In this document: positions 37,863-48,112 of the stretch, one piece after another
Numbering within the stretch: position 1 is the stretch's first letter
How the letters are laid out: each line of letters opens with the position of its first letter
Source: Albugo candida
Taxonomy: Eukaryota
NCBI GenBank assembly: GCA_040437565.1
Contig: JBDOQK010000018.1
Location: forward strand, 62,001 to 126,000
DNA: 64,000 nucleotides
Direction: 5' to 3'
Made by a program: the position numbers and the translations under genes
The notes under the pieces: generated by a model
Told to the model about the DNA's origin: nothing
Seen by the model: only the letters and a program-made list of their open reading frames with translations
The model's database searches: none

Positions 37863-40099
37863 ATGATTGATCCAACCGGTTGGATATCAATCGTAGGCAG
37901 TGTAATCGCAATCATAGGCCTTGTTTTCGTGTACATTTTCGTGCGCAAAATCCATCAATATCGCCATACCTTTAGCTTTTTACAATCATTTCGTTCCAAC
38001 TCGCAAGATAATCTGAACACAACGTCTACGATCCTCTATCGCGAGGAACTGCTCGATAGCTACACAGAGCAAGCGCTGTGGACGTGCTCCTTATGCCAAT
38101 TTCAAAACCATCCCGACCGAAAATGCTGCGATTTGTGCCAAACAGCTCGCGGACTTGATATTTTTAAGACTTGGAAATGGTTTCAATCCAAAAAAAAAAC
38201 TCAGGAAAGTGTAAAGACTAAAACGGATCCAATTGCGTCGCCTGAAGCCATTCAATCCATTCAATTGGCACCCATACAAACGTCAAAAGAGGAGGTAGTG
38301 GTCCGTGGATCCGATGACGCGATACGAATTAGTATCGACAATGAGCGAGTGATAAATGAAGAGATTGTGAGCTTTGAATACCAGAAAGAGAGTATTTATT
38401 TCGACGATGCAACTGCTTCATTACCACGACTCAATAAGGTCCAATTGGCTGCACATCGTCGGCAATTGTGGAGACGACTTCCAATATGCGATGGACTGCA
38501 TCGATGGGTCCGTTCCACAAAGAAACAGAATTCTGATGCTTCTGGAGACAAGAAAATTCGAAATGGAGATTTAGACGAGTATGAGTCCCAATTCATTCAG
38601 TCGGATCGACAGAGTACGGCGTCTGTCGGATATATTCGCGTTCGGAATCCTCAAGGGCGATTAACGTTAAATGATTCCGAGTCAGTAGCAACTGACTTTC
38701 ATTATCGCATTAATGTTGTGGGCAATTCGGGTACGTCTGAGCTTGTTATGAGTCTCGATCGGATCCATAATTTACCATTTCCATCAAAAATTCGATGGTT
38801 TTCGACCGAATTGCATCGATTGTGGCTTCCATGGGAATCTGGTCACGTTCGTATCGTTGTACGACGCGATCAAATCGTAGAAGATTCATTTGCAATTTTG
38901 AAAGAGCTTAAAATGTATCAATTACGTCAGCGATGGAGAGTCGAATTTGCAGGAGAACCGGCTTTGGATGCTGGCGGGGTGTTACGCGAATGGTTTACGA
39001 TTCTATTTGGTGAGATATTTGATCCTCGACGCGGATTGTTCACATTTACAAACGGAGAAGATCCTCATTATTGGATCAATACACATTCCAGCGAGTTTTA
39101 CTCGGCACAAGAACACTTGCAGTATTTCAAATTTGCGGGCATGCTGGTCGGTAAAGCTATTATGGAGGAGCAGGTGCTTCCCATTCACTTGGCATTGCCT
39201 TTTCTAAAGCATATTCTCGGTATTCCAATCTCATTTTCAGATCTCCAGTTCCTCGATGATCAATTCCATCGGTCTGCGCGGATGATTCAGCAAACAGATG
39301 ACGTGGAATCGCTGTATTTGGACTTTACAGTGACACGTTCGATCGATCCTATTCTGTTGGAAACTAACAGTCAACGTATCAAGAAATCCGATCCGTGCAT
39401 CTATGAGCTGGTTCAAAACGGTCGAGAGAAGGATGTGACTGCAGAGAACAAGCACGAGTATTTGGATCTGTTGTTCAAGTATCACATGCTGGGCAGTATC
39501 GCAGATCAATTACTAGCCTTCCTGACCGCATTGTACGATGTCGTGCCGGAAGGTTTGCTCAAGCTTTTCGACTATCAGGAACTCGAATTGCTCATGTGTG
39601 GGGTCCCGACTTTGGATGTGAAAGACTGGAGAAAACATTGTGATTTCAAATATCGAAAGCCACAGCATCCAACTTCCAAAGAAACTCAAAATGTCAAATG
39701 GTTTTGGGAAATTTTGGAAAAAGAATTCGAGAATCAAGATCGTGTACGCTTGCTGCAGTTTACGACAGGAACAAGTCGAGTTCCAGCGCAAGGATTCAAG
39801 GTACGTCCATCTCTTTCGTTTTTGTGAACCCTTCCTGATCGTTTTTCTGCAGGGATTGATAAGCTCCGATGGGCGAGTGCGGAAGTTTACTGTCCTGTTT
39901 TCAGGACTGGAGCCCGCTGTCTTGCTTCCAAGAGCACATACTTGCTTCAATCGACTCGATATTCCTGTGTACAAGACCAAGTCTCGCATGTTGGAATATC
40001 TAAAATTGGTACGATGTCATTCTGCTTCAATTATCCGCCATCTTTTGACGGAGTTTGTAGATTGTACAGATGGACATCACGGGATTCTCGATAGAATAG
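37863..40099 (+). CDS. Membrane-anchored HECT E3 ubiquitin ligase with a RanBP2-type zinc finger (3 exons)
   Basis: N-terminal TM helix; WTCSLCQFQN..CDLC; FAGEPALDAGGVLREWF; LLQFTTGTSRVP; catalytic LPRAHTCFNRLD. Confidence 0.92.
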
Positions 40100-40179
40100 A
40101 GCCCGAGGCGCAATCGTGGGCGCGAGTATACGATATTTAAGTGGCAGTAAGACTTGATCGGTTGAAATCAAAGAAAACT

Positions 40180-42083
40180 TTATTGATCTTTCTTCGCTCC
40201 TGAGGCACCTTCTTCGCCTTCGCTGTCGCTACTTTCGGCTCCATTCATCACCTGTTCAAACAATGTTGGTTCATTGTCGAGTTCCAAATCTTCTGGATGT
40301 GGCTCATAAACGGGCAAGGTGGAAGCCGAGACCACAGGAAACTAATTTAGCAACACCACATTGAGTCGATAGAAGCGTATGGAACATATAATATCAACGG
40401 TACCTTTACGACGGCGCGTAGATCCAATCCAATGTATGAGTCACATTTCACAAAGACTTCCAGTTGATACGATCCAGCCGTTGCTGGAGCTGGCAATTGC
40501 AGCTTCATCGTACACACTCGATCCTGTGCTGTCAGTTTATCGAATGCATGCAAATGGTCCAATTTCGCATCACCCACAACGCAATACCAGCGTTCCGCTT
40601 TGGGGTACGGGAATCGAGGTGCGTACACCAAGTCACAAGTCTCGTTTTCCTTGACATTCTTGCGTGTGAGTTCGACTGTGACGGTCATGATGTCACCTTC
40701 CGCAATCTCTTGCTCATCTTCGACTCCGAGCGTCACTTTCACTTCCGGGCTCGGTAATTGATCACATACTCGATCTGCTTCTTTCCGTTGTTCTTCTGTG
40801 AAATTGCTCATTCCTTTTCGCTCTTCAGGCTTCAGATCCAAATACTGATGCATACTTCGCACAGCTTTTTTCCCGCTAAAAACGTGCTTGACTTCCGCTT
40901 CGGTGAAATGAGGAAGCTGTAAGAACGGAGAATCCTTCAGCCAAAGTGCCTGTGTCAAATACTGCTGCAATTCAATCAGATTCAACGTCGTTTGCAGCCA
41001 GGATTTCATCACAGATATCTCCAGCATCCCGTCCACGAAATGCGATATTCGCTTCAGCATACTATTGAGATCCGACTGTAAAGGAGCGGGTAGTGGCTCT
41101 CGTAACAAATGTGCGTGGAGGAGGACATTGGCTTTCATGATTGCCGGATGATTGTACTTGGGCTTCATCATGGCCTCCTGCTTTCTAAATCTCTTTTGCA
41201 AAGCATTTAATTCCGCTTCATCCGAAGGTCTCTACATTCGAGTCACATTAGCACAAGTACAGTTAGATTTGTTTTAATGTATACAAACTTTTGGGAGGTC
41301 ACGAAATTCAGCGGATCCAGCCAGTATTTCTGGAAGCATGCGTGGATGAGAGTTCTCTGAAAGCGCGTAATTGTAGAATCCATACGTGTCATACATCACC
41401 ATACTATCGCCATACTTTTTTGAATGCGAATACCACAGTGCGACGCAGCTTGGGATCGCCACAACCAGAACCAGTAGATACATAAAGAGAATAACGTTGT
41501 GATTGGAAGGATTCAGCAAGAAAGTCGGTAAACCAATTGATAATTGAAGTGCTTGTCGTCCATCGGGGTTACCGTACTTTTCATAATTTGCTTTCGACAC
41601 TTCGTCGGTAAGAGCTTCATACGCTTTTGCAACCAGAAGAAACTTTTGTTCTGCTACAGCATCGCCAATGTTTTTGTCCGGATGGTACAATAGACTCATC
41701 TTACGATATGCGCGTTTGATATCACGTTCTGACGCCTGCGCTGTAATGCCGAGGATATTGAATGGATCAAACGACTTGATTTCTGAGTCTGTTTCCAGCA
41801 GAGATATCATACGAAAGAGACAAATCCATACAAAGCCCAAAATCGCGAGATTGAGAAGAAACCCCGGAGAAAAAACACGACTTAATTTTGTTTGTTCGGC
41901 AAGCAATTGCTTCATTTTTTCAAGCTCTTTCTTACAACGAATTGTGGACCGATCAATAAGCCGTTCTTTAAGGATCAGTCCGTACAGAATACGCCGAAGC
42001 GAGTAATATGTGACGGGAAGCACGTACAGAGTGCATATCGAAACTGAGAAATAATAAAAGGCAGAATTGTCGTATTCGAGCAT
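40180..42083 (-). CDS. SEC63: Translocon subunit SEC63 (3 exons)
   Basis: MLEYDNSAFYYF, 3 TM helices, a J-domain with HPDK, YGNPDG, and a Sec63/Brl domain with CDSYIGLD. Confidence 0.95.
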
Positions 42084-42303
42084 ACTGGACGGTGAAGGGA
42101 TACGTGACCGGCCTCACTGCTTTTTTGTAGTTCTTTTTTTTTGGCCAAAAGCTTGGTGAAAATGCGTTTTTGATTGTGAGAAAATGTCCAACCAATTTGA
42201 ATAANNNNNNNNNNNNNNNNNNNNNNNNNNNNNNNNNNNNNNNNNNNNNNNNNNNNNNNNNNNNNNNNNNNNNNNNNNNNNNNNNNNNNNNNNNNNNNNN
42301 NNN

Positions 42304-43187
42304 NGTGCACAAAATCCCAATCACAACTGTTCCTAATGCAAAACCTGGAAGAGATTCGATCGACGTTGAGGTGTATGGAATGGAAGGCGTTCCCGGCGAA
42401 CAGCGCGCCAGTACTTTAGGTATGCTTTCTCCAAGGTTGGTGATGTTGATTATCACTTTGCATCTATGGAATTTTTGATTCTTACGACGCTGTTTACTTT
42501 GAGAAATGTATTCGAAAGCGAATACAAATTCTGTCAAGCATGTAAATTGAACTTGACGTGATTGATTCGTAGACATGGCTGCCAAGAAAGCTCGACCAAA
42601 CATCGGAATGAGCATCCCATTTCCAATGAACATTCCACCGCGACCACCTATGGGTGTGTTCATACCTGGTCGTCCTCCACCTCATTTGCAGCATATCGCC
42701 GGACTGGCTCCAGGCATGTATCCACCACCACCAAATATACTTGGGCCCCCAGGATCGCTCTCTTGTTATACACAACCACAGTCGCTGTCTGCAACTCAGC
42801 ATCCTTCTGAATCGAGTGTACCACTCACGTGAGTCTACTTGTGTGAATTCATGTGTATAGCTCACGATTATTTCTGCATATGTAGATCTCATCCCTGGCC
42901 ATCTCAACCACTAAATCCTTCAAGCGAGGCAGCAAATGACTCACATCCATCAGCTGCATTTTCACAGCAAGATGTAATGGAAGGCGTCAATATTGATGTA
43001 GGATCTGCCTCTACAGACGCAAGATTTGAGCGTGGAATGGTTTACAAAGATCTTGGAATTTGTATGGTAAGAAGTCTATTATCTGATTGTATACATATAT
43101 TGCGATACCAAAGTATACATTGTATAGGAGGAGAGGCGTGCACAACGTCCACGGTACAATTACAGCTCAGAGCTACAGGGTAGGTAA
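42304..43187 (+). CDS. ZNF207/BuGZ/SUF4-like zinc-finger protein; N-terminal C2H2 fingers lost in the gap
   Basis: VHK..VPNAKPGRDSIDVEVYGMEGVP, a Pro-rich middle, and C-terminal MVYKDLGICM|EERRAQRPRY. Confidence 0.85.
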
Positions 43188-43542
43188 AGTGCAACAGTAT
43201 GAAAGAGCCATTTCGTCAATAAATATAGCCAATCATTTTGTGCCATTTGGCTCGGTTGATTTTGAAAAGCGCTTGCAGTTAAGGTCAACTTTGACCAATA
43301 CATTACCCGAGTCAAGATTAAAGTGATTGCAACTGCACGAGAACTTGACTCTTAGGAATACCTTCTACCCCGCAACTCAAATACAATCTTAGTCATTGCG
43401 TACGGAATCCTTGCAGCGTTGTGATGGATATAGACGCCAATGCGTGTGCAAACAAATTCTGTGAGTCACCTTCCATTTTAGATTCTACTTCCGCTTCGTG
43501 AAGTACACCACAATCACTCTATCATCCGTTTAAGATTTTAAA

Positions 43543-45274
43543 ATGCTGAGATTTATTCTTACTCTCACACCATTTTTACAAAATGCAATGACTCAGAGTA
43601 TATGTAATTTCCCGCTTAAGACACAAGTTGCAGCTTCGAGAGCTTCCTTTTGTCAACAAAGTAGCGGTTATGACATTTTGCATCCACGGTTATATCCAGA
43701 TCAAAACCAACTGAGCGTGATATGCACCGAATGTGCGGATGTTCTTCACACATTGACCATAAATGCTCCCCACTGTATATTGACTCCACCTCAAACATTG
43801 AGACAGGTGTATACAATGATATGGCAGGCTTGTATTGAAGTGGTTTCTGGTAGTAATGTGTTACCACCGCTAAGACCGTATCAGTCAATGTATCAGCAAC
43901 AAAATGAGCCAGTCGATGAACCATTTCCAAGCACATCGAAGGGATCGCTATATCCAACTAGTTTATCTGGATTGCAAGAACGACCACCGCAATTTCTGCT
44001 TAAACAAGCTCCATATCCGTTTGGGTCTAGTGTGTCGCAGTGGTCACGTAATGGACCCGAATATGGACTGGATCGACCGATCAGACAACCAAGCCAAGAA
44101 CCACCATATTACAATCCTTTACAGCCATCAGTTCCACCCGTAAACATGCCCATGTTTGACCCAAGCGCTCCACCGCGACACTTTCTACCAAGACAAAGCC
44201 CGCCATTGTACGATATTGAACATCCACAGGTGATGAACCCAAATGGAATCAGTATGGGATCCACTTCGTCGATCAGTCAGTCTATACCATTTTCACGTCC
44301 TGATGAGCCTGTGCGAACGCCACTGCAGACATTCACAAATACGGCCCCGTCTTACTATCCTCCAGGATCTTCCATCAGTCAGTTTCCCAATATACTGCAA
44401 AGTGCTTCAAGTCGACCGCCGATTCCCCCGGTTCTACCGACACCTGACGCGTATCCCAGATTCCCCAATGTAGGCGCTCCGCCTGGGTTTACGGGCCCTA
44501 CTTTGGCATCGTCCCCACCTATCACTGGATCCGCCTTCAATTCTGTACCTTTTGGGGCACAGAGATCTGGATCAATGCTCCAGTTTACGGGACCATCAGT
44601 TCAACCGAGCCCAAAATCATTCATAGCACCGCAGATGATGAATGGTCTACAAATTCCAACTATGCACGGTCCATTAGCGCCACCGACAATTCCAGTATCC
44701 CCCGTTGTCGCGCCTCGTGTTGCAGCAATGGGTTCCAAGAACACAATGATCTCTCAATATCCGATCGCTCCTCCAGCACCACAAACAGCGCTTCCACCAC
44801 CTCCGATTTCACCTTCGAAAAGTATGAGTTCAATTGCTCAATTCCCACCTGGCATTTCCCCAAGGCAGGGTTCGAAATCTCAGTCAATTCAGCCGCCACG
44901 TTTTGATCCAACGCTTATGCCAAGCATCAAACCCACAGTCTCCACTATCATCCAGCAATCCCCTCTTCCATTTTCTCAGCTTTCAAGTAATAGGACCGCA
45001 GCGATGCCAAAATCAGATGATTTGAGATATGGAAATAATGTTGCCAGTGGACGCGTTCCTACTTCATCGATTCGAGCTACTACACCAGCAAGTGAATTTA
45101 AAGAACCCTCGAGTGATGAGGATGATGACGACATTACTACGACGTCAACGCGGGACAATAGCGGCTACAACTCGCCGTTCGTGAGGTATCACAGCACTGG
45201 AAAGAATATGACTTCAAATGGGGCGCCATACTCCTTTTCCAGTGTCAGCGGCCTTTGCACAACCTTACTCGCTC
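43543..45274 (+). CDS. Secreted elicitin-like protein with a long Pro/Ser-rich stalk; C-terminus in the gap
   Basis: Hydrophobic N-terminus; six-Cys domain C..FCQQSSGY..YPDQNQLSVICTEC..PHC..AC; ~450 aa of Pro-rich sequence; the start of a hydrophobic tail just before the gap. Confidence 0.7.
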
Positions 45275-45720
45275 NNNNNNNNNNNNNNNNNNNNNNNNNN
45301 NNNNNNNNNNNNNNNNNNNNNNNNNNNNNNNNNNNNNNNNNNNNNNNNNNNNNNNNNNNNNNNNNNNNNNNNNNTCGTCATTTCGACCAGTATTTTATAG
45401 ATAGCCGCAATATATATCGATATACTTACCGTATCTGAGCGATACTACCGTAAAGTAGAAGTGTTATAGTTCCTTTCAAACCACTATAACACATAAAGTT
45501 GCCAAGGTTCGAGTCCTCGGTGGGCATTCAGATCAATTAGCGCACCGAGTATCAAAGCATGACGTGCTCTGTCATTTTTCGTAATCGAGATGCCTTCTTT
45601 TTTGTTCCCGGGTTTTTAGGCGAAGTGTCACTTGTGATGGTAGGACAATATCGAATATATATCGACTGTCTTCAAGTACACATTGGCTATAAAGGTCCTA
45701 TGTTGCGTGAGAGAGTATTT

Positions 45721-45778
45721 AGGCTCATCTAGGCCCACCTAGACTTCTCTAGGTCCATCTAGGCTCATCTACACTTCT
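45721..45778. repeat. 10-bp minisatellite, ~5.8 degenerate units
   Basis: aggctcatct aggcccacct agacttctct aggtccatct aggctcatct acacttct. Confidence 0.8.
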
Positions 45779-46437
45779 AAGTGCAATAGAACACCAGCTT
45801 TCCAATCACAGAAGCTCCGATTCAATTTTTAATGTACATCGAAACCTATATGTGATGCCCCGCTTTTCACGGAAGAAATGACTCGCCACCACAAGAACGA
45901 GACACGGATTATGTTTTTGCATGTCAGTACCTTCCCTTCTTGTTAGAAGACGTAATTCGTGCAGTAATCGACCCATTCTAGTCACAAACTATCATTTTCA
46001 ACCCCTTTGTTCCCCTATTTGATGGTATGAGACCGAGTCATAGCTCATTCGAAAACAGTATATGAATGAAAGAAGATGGAGAATTCTTCGAAAATAAGTG
46101 TTAAGAGATGATCCCGCATTCTTCTTTTCTTCCTTTTCCAATTCTTTTCATGGTCATTCGTCTATGATACGATTGCGTTCACCTACTCGAAATATTCCAA
46201 AGCAATGGATAGGCGACGACATATCACTACAAACCAATCACGTCTACCCGNNNNNNNNNNNNNNNNNNNNNNNNNNNNNNNNNNNNNNNNNNNNNNNNNN
46301 NNNNNNNNNNNNNNNNNNNNNNNNNNNNNNNNNNNNNNNNNNNNNNNNNNATTCTTCTTTTCTTCCTTTTCCAATTCTTTTCATGGTCATTCGTCTATGA
46401 TACGATTGCGTTCACCCACTCGAAATATTCCAAAGCA

Positions 46438-46794
46438 ATGGATAGGCGACGACATATCACTACAAACCAATCACGTCTACCCGCTACTAAGCGAAGTGGG
46501 GGCTCCACCTCGGTTCAGGTATCTCAACAAAGCTCGGCTCAACCAAGTACGGCCACCAGAATGAAAACAATACGACTCTGTAAAGAAAACGAGTTATTGA
46601 TGAAAGAGAATGAAAGTCTCAAGAAGGTGGTCGATAAACTAGAACGGATAAAAGCTCGGGCTGAAGCGAAACTCGCAAAAGAAATTGAAAGCTACGAAGA
46701 AGCACTTAAAAACAACGGCAAGTTGAACATTGGGGTATCTCAATACAAATTCAAAGACAATAAGGCGATGCAAAACGTTAAGAACAATCATTAA
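46438..46794 (+). CDS. Small basic coiled-coil hypothetical protein
   Basis: 118-aa ORF with heptad pattern KENELLMKENESLKKVVDKLE; no recognisable family. Confidence 0.4.
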   Translation: MDRRRHITTNQSRLPATKRSGGSTSVQVSQQSSAQPSTATRMKTIRLCKENELLMKENESLKKVVDKLERIKARAEAKLAKEIESYEEALKNNGKLNIGVSQYKFKDNKAMQNVKNNH

Positions 46795-47260
46795 GCTAAC
46801 GATGTTAAAAGCTACGGCAATGTTAAGATGTAATGATAGCACTTGCCCTACTTCCCACTTAACAATCACCTTAATACAATAAAACGACTTGTTTGCGTCG
46901 TTGTCCACGCATCGCTCCCTTTGGAAATTCATAAAATCTATGAGCTTTGTACATTTTGCCCATAAAAAATCAGGTCTACGTACACGTTGTTACAACTTCA
47001 CGCAACATCAGGCACATGAAGTCACTGGATTTATACGACGTGTTCCACAATGGTACAACTTTTAATGATAATATTTTGCACAACTCCACAACAACCCTTT
47101 TATTATCGTTTTCGATACCTCCTTTTGACTCTTTGTAATCGTTTCCTCGCGATTTGTATCAAGCGAGCTTTCTGTTTTCGGCATTATTGCAGCTTATCTC
47201 ATTCTTCAAAACACAGTCTTTTGCTCACATCAGCCAAATACACCAATCGAAATCTACGAT

Positions 47261-48037
47261 ATGAAGCTTTTTGTGTTTATGATCGCCGCTACATGCCGCA
47301 ACTCAAACGCTCAAAACACCATGCCTCAGCCGCCCAATGTCCGAGCAACGCCGTCTGGAACACCCGGCATGCAGCCTGCAGGAGGTCAAGGATCACCTGG
47401 GATGCCGACGGCAGGATTTCCACCACCATCGAGCATGCACCCTGGGCAGTCCGGAATGCCTCAAGGAGGAATGCCACCTCGGAACCAACCCGGAATGATG
47501 GGTGGGGGACAGCAAATGGGTGGGGGGCAGCAAATGGGTGGGTCTCCCTGTGATTTCACGGGTCCAATTCAAAGCGAAATTCAAACTTGCGAGTCGACTA
47601 CTCATCTTCAATTGTCACCAAGTCCGCAAAATGTCGATGCGAAAGCGCTACCAAGTATTTGCAGCAAGTGTCCAGGATTGATTAAATTTGTTGCGGGTCC
47701 AACATTCAAAGATTGCACAATCATGAACGGCATGTCACTTAAACAAACGCTCAGTCCAGCAGTATGCTCACAAGCAACCACAGCTGGAGGGAGCAGTGAA
47801 TTTGGAACGAACGGTGGTGGTGTCAATGATATGGATGCCGGTGGAGAACGCAGTGGACCTTCAGCGGGAACGACAACCGATTCAACTGAAGACGAAAAAA
47901 TGAGCGAAGGCCCATCGTCGGCAACGCAAAATTCGCTCGATCCCAAAAAGTCGCAACGAAGTGCAGCACACACGTCTGTTGGATCGGTCGCTCTTATCAC
48001 TGCTTCAATCGTCGCCATTACTGCAGCTGCTTTTTGA
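47261..48037 (+). CDS. GPI-anchored elicitin-like protein with an N-terminal Pro/Gly/Met-rich segment
   Basis: Signal-like N-terminus; six-Cys domain CDF..QTCESTT..ICSKC..KDCTI..AVC; Ser/Thr linker; omega-site-like SAA followed by a hydrophobic tail. Confidence 0.75.
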   Translation: MKLFVFMIAATCRNSNAQNTMPQPPNVRATPSGTPGMQPAGGQGSPGMPTAGFPPPSSMHPGQSGMPQGGMPPRNQPGMMGGGQQMGGGQQMGGSPCDFTGPIQSEIQTCESTTHLQLSPSPQNVDAKALPSICSKCPGLIKFVAGPTFKDCTIMNGMSLKQTLSPAVCSQATTAGGSSEFGTNGGGVNDMDAGGERSGPSAGTTTDSTEDEKMSEGPSSATQNSLDPKKSQRSAAHTSVGSVALITASIVAITAAAF

Positions 48038-48112
48038 TCAATTTCTTCCCATTTTTTTTCATTTTTTTCATTTTTCTGCAATATATGAAATTTTCCACGC
48101 ATGTGGTCATGC

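Noticed and set aside
45422..45431. ATACTTACC resembling the U1 snRNA 5' end
   Set aside because: It is not followed by TGG, and the U1-70K loop, the ATTGCAC U1A loop and a Sm site are not visible.
45461..45492. TTCAAA loop resembling the tRNA-Sec anticodon loop
   Set aside because: Loop size, D-arm and acceptor stem do not fit tRNA-Sec.
45721..45778. Possible CRISPR-like array
   Set aside because: 10-bp contiguous units with no spacers and no cas genes, in a eukaryotic context.
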